Virus record (IMG/VR): IMGVR_UViG_3300005805_000051
Location: 44,996-108,995 of that record
DNA from: a virus
DNA length: 64,000 nt
Direction: 5' to 3' (one strand)
In this document: piece after piece, positions 1 to 10,265 of the stretch
Layout of the letters: each line of letters starts with the position of its first letter
Numbering within the stretch: the first letter of the stretch is position 1
Notes under the pieces: generated by a model
What the model was told of the DNA's origin: nothing
Database searches by the model: none
What the model saw: the letters and a program-made list of their open reading frames with translations, nothing else
Translations under genes and position numbers: made by a program

Positions 1-737
1 CGATAAATCAAACGCGGAGGCGTCGAGTCTACCTTTAAAATGGTCGAGCGGTCATACGTCGCATCTGACGCCGTAAATGTATATTCGCGGGGATAGCGAA
101 TCGTGATTTCTCTTCCAAACAATGCCCGGAATAAGAACCGATAGGAATCTTCACTACCACGCGCTTGATAAAAGCTCAGAATTTTTGGGATTAATCCAGC
201 GGCATCCGCCCCTTCTTGCGGAAACTCTCGCAAATACGTATCTTGAAAATACGAAATGAAATCTGCAATCGTAGCTTCGTATTCATGAAAATCTAAAATT
301 TGGCGTAGTGCGCCCGCCGCTTGCCGCACGGACTTTTGCGTTTCAACCGAATAAGTATTGCCATAATACGTGCGTTCTGGCACATCATACAACAATAACG
401 ACGTACTGTTCGTTACACTTCGAACCGTAAAAAATTCTTGCCCAACCTTAATGCGGTCATACTGCACTAAAGTGGAGTCTGTCTCGACTCCGCGATCAAC
501 TAACGTAAATGTGGTATTTGAGCCAACTACCGTCGAATTTCCCGAGAGAACCGTAAGCACCCCTTGCTGGGCAACATAGACGGACTCAATAGGATTTTCG
601 TCGTTTTGCTCAAGAAATTGAAAATATGCTTTAAGAAAAGCAAAAAATTGCGGATATTGAGCCTGAATAAACTGCGGGACAATTTCCCCGAGTCGAGTTG
701 AAGTTCGGTGGTGAACGTCTTGTGCGTAATGCGCCAT
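1..737 (-). CDS. Baseplate wedge protein gp7-like, N-terminal part; runs off the window edge
   Basis: ATG at 737; translates MAHYAQ..IVPQFIQAQYPQFFAFLKAYFQFLE..FYQARGSEDSYRFLFRALFG, typical of T4-like gp7; directly downstream of gp6. Not in the ORF track. Confidence 0.75.
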   Translation of the reverse strand, partial: MAHYAQDVHHRTSTRLGEIVPQFIQAQYPQFFAFLKAYFQFLEQNDENPIESVYVAQQGVLTVLSGNSTVVGSNTTFTLVDRGVETDSTLVQYDRIKVGQEFFTVRSVTNSTSLLLYDVPERTYYGNTYSVETQKSVRQAAGALRQILDFHEYEATIADFISYFQDTYLREFPQEGADAAGLIPKILSFYQARGSEDSYRFLFRALFGREITIRYPREYTFTASDATYDRSTILKVDSTPPRLIY

Positions 738-747
738 GAACGATCCC

Positions 748-2655
748 TTAGAACACGATTGCGCCGTTGATGATGCGACCCGCTGTGGTGCCGCGACGGT
801 CTAACAGATCAGGTAGCACTCGTACACTCACACTCTCCGCAGGAATCCGCACAATCTGTGACCGACGTGCGATAATGTCCGTTGTATTTGGAATCGCCTG
901 TACGCGTACTTCCCCGATAAAATTTGTCGTAATATTTGTCGGATAGAAGTGTGTCAGAGACACCGCTCCCGTGGCAAAATTTACCGTACCAACACCACTC
1001 TTGACTAAGGTTTTACCGGTAGCAGGATCATCGCGATATACATTAATCACATTTGCATGATTTTCAATAAAACATCCAGAATACACGAATCCTGTCGTAT
1101 CTGCATGCGAGAATCGTTGTGTGCCTACTCGACTTGTGACGGTCACCAATTGATTTGCGTCAGTTGCTTCAAAAACAGGGTTAGAAAATTCTAAAGTGTA
1201 TGACCCAGTAGTCGCGACCACCCGAAAGCGTTTTTCCATTTTTACCGCAGTGATATTACTTTGAATGCTTTGTTCTGCACTGTCGATAAGCTTTGATACC
1301 TGTGAGTATCGGAAAATGGAACCAAACTGACCCACGGTAATCTGCCCATACCCGACAATTGCATTACTGATTAAAGCGGCAAGTTCAGAGGTATTGCGTG
1401 AGGTTAACGCGGGAGTATACTTAGCCTCAACATCAACCGCGACATAGATGTAGTCGGGGTCAACAAATTCATATCCAAGAATCGGCAACGATTTTGGACG
1501 CAATACATGGTCGAGAATCGAGTTCTTTTGCGTATCTCCGAACTTATCACCGTTGAACGGTTTCAGGGCGATAAACATCTTCCCATATACCGGAGGATCG
1601 TTATCTTCACCGCCCCAGATGGATACCGATTCGATGCCGCTATACTCGGTGAGCAGTACTGTTCTGGCATCTTCTGGGGTCACAATACGACCCTGTACCT
1701 GATAAATCGCCGGAGCATTCTTTTTGATACTATCAATCGATTCGCGAACATCTCCACCGTACGCCGGTACGTTGATGTTGTTCAGCACGGTGGCCACCGT
1801 CACGCCGGTGGTATTGACGACGAGATTTCCCACGGTATCGGCGAACGAGAAGGTGTTAGCCCCGTTCCCGCGCGTCCCACCAGAAATCAGATAATCCGCA
1901 ACCACTTGTTGCCCGACTGTTAGGTTGCGACCAAGACGGCCGTCTCCGAATTGAATATCGTAAGTGCCATCATTGTTTTCAAACAGGAAGTAAACATTTG
2001 TAGTCGGACCAACCACGACGGCTGATGTTGCACGGTCATAAATGAACGAGGTTGTGCTATTTGCGTCAGGCTTCACCGAAATCGTGATGGTGCGGGTATC
2101 AATTGTTTCGTTGGGGAGGGTCAACTTTACCCCAGAGGCTTGAATGTCTCCCGACGCAACGGTAAAAGTTTGGGTCAGCTTAATACCTTCGTATAGCTCG
2201 GCCCCGATGAACGTCACGGTGTTTGCCGCAAATGTTTCCTGTTCGGCGTCATCAATCGTATAAAAAGTCAGCGTTTGATTACCCGTCGTTGATGAGAACT
2301 TCGTATAGCGGGGAAGTTCTACCGTAACCTCTGTCGTGTCGACACCATTCAAGGTTACATCGACAATCGCAGTTGCACTTGAAATAGAACGCGGGACGTA
2401 GCCTAGCTGACGCGCGGCAGCCACCACCGAGTTTCGAATCTGGGCGGTTTGCAGGAAGACTTCGTTAATTGCAAAATTGGTATACCAGCCATGGTAGTAA
2501 GCATCATATGCCAACACATCCAGAATCGTGCTGATGGCTGATCCCTCATAGTTATAATCTTGCAGTAGCGTCTGACTTTGTAAAAACCGCTTGAGGTCAG
2601 CACGAATGGTATCAAAGTCCAGTGGGACAATTTGAATTTCGGAAGGTAGTGGCAT
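748..2655 (-). CDS. gp6: Baseplate wedge subunit gp6
   Basis: LDFDTIR..DYNYEGSAISTILDVLAY..NEVFLQTAQIRNSVV..LGYVPRS, FGDG and ESIDSIK motifs. Confidence 0.95.
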   Translation of the reverse strand: MPLPSEIQIVPLDFDTIRADLKRFLQSQTLLQDYNYEGSAISTILDVLAYDAYYHGWYTNFAINEVFLQTAQIRNSVVAAARQLGYVPRSISSATAIVDVTLNGVDTTEVTVELPRYTKFSSTTGNQTLTFYTIDDAEQETFAANTVTFIGAELYEGIKLTQTFTVASGDIQASGVKLTLPNETIDTRTITISVKPDANSTTSFIYDRATSAVVVGPTTNVYFLFENNDGTYDIQFGDGRLGRNLTVGQQVVADYLISGGTRGNGANTFSFADTVGNLVVNTTGVTVATVLNNINVPAYGGDVRESIDSIKKNAPAIYQVQGRIVTPEDARTVLLTEYSGIESVSIWGGEDNDPPVYGKMFIALKPFNGDKFGDTQKNSILDHVLRPKSLPILGYEFVDPDYIYVAVDVEAKYTPALTSRNTSELAALISNAIVGYGQITVGQFGSIFRYSQVSKLIDSAEQSIQSNITAVKMEKRFRVVATTGSYTLEFSNPVFEATDANQLVTVTSRVGTQRFSHADTTGFVYSGCFIENHANVINVYRDDPATGKTLVKSGVGTVNFATGAVSLTHFYPTNITTNFIGEVRVQAIPNTTDIIARRSQIVRIPAESVSVRVLPDLLDRRGTTAGRIINGAIVF

Positions 2656-2661
2656 AGTTGC

Positions 2662-3063
2662 TTACCGCACCCGCTTCAAGACCAGTCGTGTGGTTTGAAT
2701 CTGGGGAATGTTTTGAACAATAAACCCGACTTCAATCAAAATGGCATGTTCGTCCAGCATCTCATTCTGCGGACCACGATTCTTGTAGACATCCACAAAT
2801 TTGACCGTGGCGCGAGGTTCAAACTGACGAATCACATTCCGAATATCATTTGCTAACACAAACTCCGTAATATCGTCATACGGTTCAAATAACCGCAACA
2901 TGATGGAATTTCCCAACGCCGGCTGAAAGGGACGCTCATAAAAATTCGTATACAATAAATTCATTACGGACTGCTTGACGGCCTCTTCCTCCGTCAAGAC
3001 AGGAATGTCGCGAGACACCGGGTCTTTCACGAAGGAAATGTCTAGGTCGCTGTATACTGCCAT
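2662..3063 (-). CDS. gp25: Baseplate wedge subunit gp25
   Basis: YSDLDISF..AVKQSVMNLLYTNFYERPFQP..FEPR. Confidence 0.95.
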   Translation of the reverse strand: MAVYSDLDISFVKDPVSRDIPVLTEEEAVKQSVMNLLYTNFYERPFQPALGNSIMLRLFEPYDDITEFVLANDIRNVIRQFEPRATVKFVDVYKNRGPQNEMLDEHAILIEVGFIVQNIPQIQTTRLVLKRVR

Positions 3064-3098
3064 GGTAGCTGTATTTAGCTGGAATAGAAAACCGTATC

Positions 3099-4811
3099 CT
3101 ACGCGGCAATAAACACCGGATTGATGCTGTCATCCTGTCCGGGACAGGTATGGTCAATCCACGCAAAGGACGCCCCCGATGACCCGGCACCACCAATAAT
3201 ATCAATGACGCATATACGTTTATCTGCATCCCATTTGTCGGTTCCTTGTCCTTGAGGACCACCGGTCGGATCAAGAATCGCAATTGCATCACCAGATGCA
3301 TCGCTTGCATTTCCACGAATCCCAACAATCCCCACCTTTGGATCGTTAACATTTCGCACCACTGCCGCAAGAAACTCGCGATGCGGTCCCATATTGTCAC
3401 GGAATGCTGAAGTTTTGACAGCTTCAAACAAATCAGGATTCTCTTTAACCGCCGCATCGAACGCGGAACCCACAGATCCGTAGTAGGCAGAACGAATAGC
3501 CGACGGGTTGTATTTCTGACCCCACGGGTCAACCAACGATCGGCAATCTTCTCCACCCGCTCCGTATTCGCCAGTGAACCCCTCTTCGGTATTTACACCA
3601 ATCGGATTGAGTCGTTGTTGCCGAGACGCGAGGCGGTCAATATATTGTGACGCCAAATTAGCGTCTGCGATCAATGCATTTAAAGCCGCCGTTTCAGCAC
3701 CCGGTGCATAGGGTTGATGCACAATCAGGCCTTCTAGAAACTCATCATTGAAGGTTTTAGTCATCACCAGTCGTCGACGACTTTCGGGGGTAAAGGTAAT
3801 ATGCAACCATGCTTGTCCTTTTCCTACTGGCACCAAGCTGTGCGATAGGATCAATTGGTCAAACACTAGGTTGTTTTTTGCCCACCGCGCAAGTTGAAAC
3901 AGCTTCGGAGCCTCAGCTAAACTCCCATCACCTATCGTGAGATCAATCGCTTCGCCGCGCTCATGCGGGCTGGTGCTGCTGTTCTCGCTTCGGAATCCTT
4001 CAAGAATGCGTGGGGTGCCCCAATTTTGTCGTCGTGCATATCCAGCCAGCGGTTCGTAAATGTTTTCCGCAATCAACACCAGCCGATAAAAAATCTCATC
4101 CTGTAGTAGACCATGTTGGTTTATCAAGACACTTGTGGGTTCATTACTCGTCGGTACCGGATTCGGCGCGGGTAGTGTTGTAGTTCCCAGTTGCCCAGTT
4201 TCGACTTTAGTCACATCCCAAAACCGCTTGCTGCTCTCGATTTCTTTCTTTGTGCGAAAAATCGTTGAGACAGGCGGAATGCCTTTTCCTAGCGGTGCGG
4301 ACAACAATCCCGTGAGGGCTGCTTTGGCCGCCGTTTCTGAAAGTTGTTTGGCCGCTTGTGACGGATTGACCGACAATCCTTCAGGGAATGGTCGACGCAG
4401 CTTCGTCAAGTTCGTTTCTTCGACGATACTGACACCAAGACCCATCGCACCAGCAAGCTTCGAGACACTCCCGAGCGCACCGCGTCCAATCGCGCCCGCA
4501 GCTTTTCCCACTTTCCCTTCCATCGCCGCTTGTGTGCGTTTAGAAGCGACGGCTAATGCTTTGGCCGCAGCCGCCTTCAGTGCATATTGCCCAATCTGTT
4601 GTGCTAACACACTACTGCCACCGGTTGCAACGGCAGCTCCCACCGTCGTAGCAGCACTTTTCATCTTACTAATCAAACTCTTTGTTCGTTGCACGGCCCC
4701 TAAAAGCTTTGCAGATATGGGGTTCTGAAGATTAACCTTAATCTCTTTTGGGGGCCGGCTACTCGCAAGGAGTTCAGCATCCGAACGTAAATCTTTAAAT
4801 GCGCGTGACAT
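3099..4811 (-). CDS. Baseplate-associated protein with a peptidase M15 (LAS-type Zn) domain
   Basis: GFRS..SPHERGEAIDL..FDQLIL..WLHITF matches the M15 SxHxxGxAxD/HxH-type motifs; lies between gp5 and gp25. Confidence 0.75.
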   Translation of the reverse strand: MSRAFKDLRSDAELLASSRPPKEIKVNLQNPISAKLLGAVQRTKSLISKMKSAATTVGAAVATGGSSVLAQQIGQYALKAAAAKALAVASKRTQAAMEGKVGKAAGAIGRGALGSVSKLAGAMGLGVSIVEETNLTKLRRPFPEGLSVNPSQAAKQLSETAAKAALTGLLSAPLGKGIPPVSTIFRTKKEIESSKRFWDVTKVETGQLGTTTLPAPNPVPTSNEPTSVLINQHGLLQDEIFYRLVLIAENIYEPLAGYARRQNWGTPRILEGFRSENSSTSPHERGEAIDLTIGDGSLAEAPKLFQLARWAKNNLVFDQLILSHSLVPVGKGQAWLHITFTPESRRRLVMTKTFNDEFLEGLIVHQPYAPGAETAALNALIADANLASQYIDRLASRQQRLNPIGVNTEEGFTGEYGAGGEDCRSLVDPWGQKYNPSAIRSAYYGSVGSAFDAAVKENPDLFEAVKTSAFRDNMGPHREFLAAVVRNVNDPKVGIVGIRGNASDASGDAIAILDPTGGPQGQGTDKWDADKRICVIDIIGGAGSSGASFAWIDHTCPGQDDSINPVFIAA

Positions 4812-4820
4812 ATTATATCC

Positions 4821-6311
4821 TTAGATCAACGGAGGATCGTTCCATCCTTCTGGGGGTGGTCCGGGGGGTGTTCCTCCTCCCCCTCCAGTACTACCGCCGG
4901 GCCCTGATGTCGTATTGTCTACTACCGCGTCAACAGGGATGGCAAACTCTTCGGGTTCGATAATCGGTGGAATATAGTTTTGCATCAGAGAAGCGAGAGT
5001 TAGTGTGCTACTGCCTAACTGGTCAGTAAGCGTAAAGACTTTCTTGTCCGCGTATTCTGCAAATGCCCGATACCGGAATACATACGGTACCACACTAGTA
5101 ACGGTAGGATAACCATACGGTTCCGTAATAACCATTAGCGTGTCATTCGCAATCGATGCAATCCGAGGGAATCCCTGTGGAAATGGCGCACTCACAAACG
5201 GCGGTGACGGGAAGGTCAAATACATTCCAACAGCAACATCTTCGGTAAACTTGGTGTTGGTGCCAACCACCACCGTGTTGCCTTGCTCAAAGCGTACGGT
5301 ACCGCCGCTTGCAAATGGATAGGAGGTGGCCGGCGGTGGTTCTTCACCCGGCGGTTCCGTATCCACATATATTGTGCTTTGTTGACCGGGAAGAGCTTTG
5401 GTTGCAGAGGTGAAATCACCAATTTCTTCCGACAGATTCTGATGTGCTGTATACGCTTCGCTGTTTTGCACATCTTCCGGGGTGTCAAACTGACGGTCAC
5501 GGAACTCAATGCGTTCCACCGACTTTCCGTTATACACTTGCGGATTCGACACGGGAATTTCTTCCGGTGGGGCCACTTCTGGCACCAACGGCATGCCTTT
5601 AGCATCCGTTAGTGATTTTGCAAATTGTAGGCTCTTCCCGACATTTCGCGCATACGAACTGATCGTAGACACCGCAGATAATAATCCCGCAAGCGTACTA
5701 ATCGACCCCGGTGAACTCGGGAACACTCCCGTCACGCGCGGCACCAACACCCCAAAGATAGGCACAATCCCCGTTGGTAACGATAAGAACGGTGTCGTTG
5801 CGTTCGCCCCGACTCCGCCAATATCCACCTTCGGAGCGGCGAGCGAAATCTTATTGTCGGCGCGCATGAAAATATTATCCCCGCGCATCTTTAACTCACC
5901 CTTGACATTGATGGCTAAGCCGTTATCGGCTTGAATCTCAAAGGCTCCGTTACGGACATAAATGTTTGCTCCACCGGACACCGTGATTTTATAGTCACCG
6001 TTGACAATAATCTCATGGTCGGCCACCGTCACATCTTGCCGTTTTGATTTTGAGACATACTTCACCGCTCCATCAGGACGCAGTTCGATGTGAGAACCCG
6101 TACGATGATAAACCTGTATGCGTTCGGCGCCCGGCGTATCATCCATCTCAAACAGATGACCAGATTCCGTCGCGGTCACATTGTTGTAGGGGTACTCTGC
6201 GGCGTATGATGGAGGCAGTTCCGTAATCGTTGGGGCGGCCGCGCCACGAATCGGGTCGTTCTTCGCTTTTCGAAATACCCGTAGGATATTAGCACCAGCG
6301 CCTAAAAACAT
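4821..6311 (-). CDS. gp5: gp5 baseplate spike, C-terminal beta-helix part
   Basis: YPYNNVTATESGHLFEMDDTPGAERIQVYHRTG followed by VxGxxxxxVxG repeats. Confidence 0.85.
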   Translation of the reverse strand: MFLGAGANILRVFRKAKNDPIRGAAAPTITELPPSYAAEYPYNNVTATESGHLFEMDDTPGAERIQVYHRTGSHIELRPDGAVKYVSKSKRQDVTVADHEIIVNGDYKITVSGGANIYVRNGAFEIQADNGLAINVKGELKMRGDNIFMRADNKISLAAPKVDIGGVGANATTPFLSLPTGIVPIFGVLVPRVTGVFPSSPGSISTLAGLLSAVSTISSYARNVGKSLQFAKSLTDAKGMPLVPEVAPPEEIPVSNPQVYNGKSVERIEFRDRQFDTPEDVQNSEAYTAHQNLSEEIGDFTSATKALPGQQSTIYVDTEPPGEEPPPATSYPFASGGTVRFEQGNTVVVGTNTKFTEDVAVGMYLTFPSPPFVSAPFPQGFPRIASIANDTLMVITEPYGYPTVTSVVPYVFRYRAFAEYADKKVFTLTDQLGSSTLTLASLMQNYIPPIIEPEEFAIPVDAVVDNTTSGPGGSTGGGGGTPPGPPPEGWNDPPLI

Positions 6312-6327
6312 ACTCTACCTTTCGTGC

Positions 6328-6720
6328 TTATGTCGGAAACGGCGGACTAGATGCCGGAGCAAGAGGGTTCTGATACCGATACCCCGGCAACACTCCGAGC
6401 ATGACCGGTTGTTGTGCGAGCTGTCCGTCCAAGAAAAATCCCAAGACCCACGACGCAATCGGCGGCGACTTCGGGCATCCCGAGTTTCCTAATGGTGCCA
6501 TGGCTAAGGCCCACGGAAGATCGTCAGTTGCAATACCCGTCGCCGCACTCTCGCTGGTAGTAGTCTGTGCGGACTCGTTGTGAAATCCGAAGATTCGGAC
6601 GCGCGCCCGGCCAAGCTTTAAGGGGTCTTTGTTATCTTCGACGACACCAATCCACCAGACGAATCCATTCTTGCCCATGAAATCGTGCGCGGATGGTGTG
6701 CCAAAAGCATTTAACGACAT
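6328..6720 (-). CDS. gp5: gp5 N-terminal OB-fold domain as a stand-alone gene
   Basis: FVWWIGVVEDNKDPLKLGRARVRIFGFH..LPWA..WVLGFFLDG..QQPVMLG. Confidence 0.9.
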   Translation of the reverse strand: MSLNAFGTPSAHDFMGKNGFVWWIGVVEDNKDPLKLGRARVRIFGFHNESAQTTTSESAATGIATDDLPWALAMAPLGNSGCPKSPPIASWVLGFFLDGQLAQQPVMLGVLPGYRYQNPLAPASSPPFPT

Positions 6721-6729
6721 ACAACACCT

Positions 6730-8154
6730 TTACGCAATAGAATCCGAACACGCTTCAAAAGTTGTTTCATACTGATATGCGTCATTTCCCATATTTATGA
6801 TGGTATGTTTGACCGCTAAAATAATATACAATCCCGATCGCAAATCAGCAAATCCGCCCGTCGTGGTGTCATTATTCAAGACATTGGGAATCTCAATATG
6901 CACAACCGACCCCACATTCAGATTTGGGGCACCAGCCACCTTTACCCGCACGGTAAACATTTGCAGTTCGAGCAACTCACGATTTCGTACCGCTAAAGTT
7001 TGCTCAATAAAGTTTTCCGCCGGACGATGCTCCCGTGGAAACGGCGAAGTATCGTTGCCGGCGCTAATGCTGGTCGTGGGTACCACAAATACTCGGGCGG
7101 TTGGGTGTGCAACCGTAGCAAACTCAGGCGGATATAGTGGTCGCGCATTCAACCGCTCGCGACTCTTAAACAGATTATCGTTTACTGATGTTGTGGTCAC
7201 GCGATACTGTCCTGCTAACACATCAACCCCGATAGTCGCCGACGAAAAATATCCTTCACTCAAGCCATATAAGAAATCAAAGTTATTGACGATATCGATT
7301 TGTTCTGCGGCAATATAACGATCTCCCGCACGAGTCGGTGCTAAACCACCAGCTTGACGACGCACATAAACGGGATTCTCGTTCCACTTCTTGCGGCCTT
7401 GTTTCACCATCTCTTGTAGTGACCGGAAATAGAACCCATCTAACGTTTCATAGAAAAAAAAGTTTGCGCGATTGTCTGGGGTGTATGCTTGCAATGTCGC
7501 TAACTTAATCGCATTCAGCGGGGTAATATACGGGGCTACAAATCCAAACGGTTTTGCGTCTGCACTGAATGTAGGTTCAAAATACGGTCGACCGTCAGGA
7601 GCGGTAGTGGTACCGTACGGTTTTGTGGTGCCAATATATTCAGACAGCACTGTGTTGATAACTTGCTCGACGCGCAAGTTCTTGAACACCCGAGAAAACC
7701 GTTTTTCGCTAGACTTTAGCAGTTCGGGACTCGCAAGACCAAGACGATAGGTTTCTGACCCTTGTGATTGGGGAATGCGCTCCGTTTGATTGTATACGGC
7801 AAAGTTTAACACTGCACTAGTGCTGGTTGCGGCTTGATAGGGATAGTATCGATACGTTCCTGTGCGAGGGTTGAATACACGAAACTTGACCGAAAGATTT
7901 TCTATGCCCATAAGAGGCACAACACTCGACAAGTTCATGTCATCTTGAACGCGCAACTCTCCCGTCAGTGTGGGGTTAAACACACTTTCATAAATGTTCA
8001 AGGAGGTCATGTAGTTCCGCGCATCACGAAATACCGCAGCTTGTTTTGCAGTAATATTTCGTGCCGTTAGATCACCGAGAGTCGGCGTTTTTAAGTCACA
8101 TTCCAGTAACTCAACATCTTTAAGAGCAAACGGAGAACTCATTCCACCAGACAT
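6730..8154 (-). CDS. Baseplate hub / tail protein (gp27-like)
   Basis: IYESVFNPTLTG..D, FFFYETLDGFYFRSL, G..L.VG.VV and SGLYIILAVKH motifs; between gp53 and gp5. Confidence 0.75.
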   Translation of the reverse strand: MSGGMSSPFALKDVELLECDLKTPTLGDLTARNITAKQAAVFRDARNYMTSLNIYESVFNPTLTGELRVQDDMNLSSVVPLMGIENLSVKFRVFNPRTGTYRYYPYQAATSTSAVLNFAVYNQTERIPQSQGSETYRLGLASPELLKSSEKRFSRVFKNLRVEQVINTVLSEYIGTTKPYGTTTAPDGRPYFEPTFSADAKPFGFVAPYITPLNAIKLATLQAYTPDNRANFFFYETLDGFYFRSLQEMVKQGRKKWNENPVYVRRQAGGLAPTRAGDRYIAAEQIDIVNNFDFLYGLSEGYFSSATIGVDVLAGQYRVTTTSVNDNLFKSRERLNARPLYPPEFATVAHPTARVFVVPTTSISAGNDTSPFPREHRPAENFIEQTLAVRNRELLELQMFTVRVKVAGAPNLNVGSVVHIEIPNVLNNDTTTGGFADLRSGLYIILAVKHTIINMGNDAYQYETTFEACSDSIA

Positions 8155-8157
8155 AGT

Positions 8158-8742
8158 TTATGCTCGCAGTAATGCGTCTAACTGATTTTCTATTGAAGGC
8201 ACAATACGCGGTTCGACAATCTTGATTTCTCGTCGAGTATCGTTTGCTTCTTCTTCTTGCTCGTAGACAGTTTTAATTTCGCGTACGGCGGTACCTAAAC
8301 TCAAATATGTTTCCCGATTGACAAAGTACCGTTCCCCATCAATAAGTTGGATGTATTGGGTGTCAGGCAACGGAGTTACTTCATTCTGGCTACGAGCAAC
8401 ACCATCTAAGGCACCTGCGCTACTTTCGTATTTTTTTGCGATGTAGTTTTCAAATTCTTCGTTTGACATCGGCCAATCATACCAATCACGCATATTGTTG
8501 GCTAACAAAATTAACCACACATACTGGGTGCTGCCATAAAACTTTGCCGCCACTGTATCTGCGCGTTCCGACTCTTGTACCCGATAGGTAACAAATGGAA
8601 TCGACTCCGACCCCGTAGCCAAACTTTGCAGTTGAAATCGCACGGTCATATCTGGCACCGTGCGATTGACAGGCAGACCAGTGTCGTCCGTATATTCAGT
8701 CGCGGTATAAGGAATGCGTGGAAGACGAGTAAAATAATTCAT
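8158..8742 (-). CDS. gp53: Baseplate wedge subunit gp53
   Basis: MNYFTRLP..ERADTVAAKFYG..WLILLAN..DWP..YE.E...ND.RR.IK. Confidence 0.92.
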   Translation of the reverse strand: MNYFTRLPRIPYTATEYTDDTGLPVNRTVPDMTVRFQLQSLATGSESIPFVTYRVQESERADTVAAKFYGSTQYVWLILLANNMRDWYDWPMSNEEFENYIAKKYESSAGALDGVARSQNEVTPLPDTQYIQLIDGERYFVNRETYLSLGTAVREIKTVYEQEEEANDTRREIKIVEPRIVPSIENQLDALLRA

Positions 8743-8744
8743 GG

Positions 8745-9767
8745 CTAGAATCGATAACGAGTTCTATTTTTTGTAATTGTATCAAACACTCCAGCATTTT
8801 CTAATGTTCCCTCTACGGTAACTGGGTTTTCAATCACAATTTGATTTCGTGTTAAAAATGACACTTCTTTGAATGTCATAGACACATCAATTTTTGTTGG
8901 ATATCGTTTGACATCGTTTCCTACAGTTTTAAACAACTTTGGAGAGTCTACTCCGTCTGCATAATTCACTTGCATACTTGTCAGCACTGAAGGCAACAGT
9001 GTGAATGTGGTGTCTGCAATCGAATAAATAATTTGCCATTCTAACGGAAACTTTAACCATGTTCCAAACTGTCCAGCTAGTGTAGACGTAAACTCGGGTA
9101 GCATGTAAAACTTGAAGTATTGAAGAATCTTATCTATTGTTTGAGATTCGTGCAATGACTTTGGTTGAAATGTGTACACAAAAGTGTGTTCGCGAAATGG
9201 CACATTTTCATATAACACTTCGGTAAACGGGTTCACCGTTTTATTCATTGCTAGTGTTGCCGCATCTTTAAATGTTTCGCTGATTCCGCCTAACCCTTGT
9301 AATGCCCCTGTTGTGCCTGCATCAACGAGGGTCGAACCGGCTTCACCCGCAATACCAGCAAGCCCACCAACAGTAGCTTTTACTTTATCAATCCATCCGT
9401 CCGCATTTTGTACCGCATTTTTTAATTTGTTGGCTTCTTCAAGAATGTTTTTTCCACCTACCGCTAACGAACCTACAGCACCACCTAATGATGCGTCACG
9501 ATATCCCACAGAAAATGTGGTTGATAACGCGGACGATGGGATAGGAAGTGCAATCGTGCGTCGAGGTCCGGGCAATCCGTCTAGTAATGAAGTCGGTGTC
9601 CCTGAAGAACCACCGATAGAAACTATTCGATTGCGTTCATATGGACCAAACAACACATACGGGATACCAAGCTTTGACAGATTGGTCGGAAACTTGACAC
9701 AATCTGTCCCGAATACCGTAAGCGGATCTCTTGACGGGTCGTCGTATGAATAAAAGTTATCGGCCAT
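8745..9767 (-). CDS. gp48: Baseplate tail tube cap gp48
   Basis: IALPIP..NPFTEVLYENVPFREHTFVYTFQPKS..ES..I; likely start ATG 9767 (MADNF). Confidence 0.85.
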   Translation of the reverse strand: MADNFYSYDDPSRDPLTVFGTDCVKFPTNLSKLGIPYVLFGPYERNRIVSIGGSSGTPTSLLDGLPGPRRTIALPIPSSALSTTFSVGYRDASLGGAVGSLAVGGKNILEEANKLKNAVQNADGWIDKVKATVGGLAGIAGEAGSTLVDAGTTGALQGLGGISETFKDAATLAMNKTVNPFTEVLYENVPFREHTFVYTFQPKSLHESQTIDKILQYFKFYMLPEFTSTLAGQFGTWLKFPLEWQIIYSIADTTFTLLPSVLTSMQVNYADGVDSPKLFKTVGNDVKRYPTKIDVSMTFKEVSFLTRNQIVIENPVTVEGTLENAGVFDTITKNRTRYRF

Positions 9768-9809
9768 ATTGGTATCTAAATAGGAAACGGACATTAGTAT
9801 ATAGGGACT

Positions 9810-10265
9810 ATGGCACGATATCATCAGGGGAAGTTCATTCCGAGGAACCCCCACAAGTATGTGGGTGACCCGAGCAACATCATCTATCGGTCGTCGTGGG
9901 AATTTAACTTCCTACAATGGGCCGACCGTGAAGAGAATGTCTTGCGATACGCATCGGAAGAGCTACATATCCCGTACTACTTTCAAGGTGACGGCAAATG
10001 GCATCGGTATTTCCCCGACTTCATCTTGCATGTCAAAGATAAAAACGGCACACAGCAGGTTTGGATGGTAGAAATCAAGCCGCAGCACCAAACACAACAT
10101 CCCCAAACGAAGCGGTTTCGGTCAAAACAACGGCAGCTTCGGGAGACGATGGAGTACGCGAAGAACCAAGCAAAGTGGGCGGCCGCCGATACCTTTTGCC
10201 GCAATAAAGGGTGGCGGTTCATGATTCTTACCGAAAAGGAACTGTATGGCGACCGATCCCTTTGA
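9810..10265 (+). CDS. gp4: Head completion nuclease gp4 (TnsA-like)
   Basis: GKFIPRNPHKYVGD..IIYRSSWE..RYFPDF..VEIKP..NQAKWAAA. Confidence 0.95.
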   Translation: MARYHQGKFIPRNPHKYVGDPSNIIYRSSWEFNFLQWADREENVLRYASEELHIPYYFQGDGKWHRYFPDFILHVKDKNGTQQVWMVEIKPQHQTQHPQTKRFRSKQRQLRETMEYAKNQAKWAAADTFCRNKGWRFMILTEKELYGDRSL

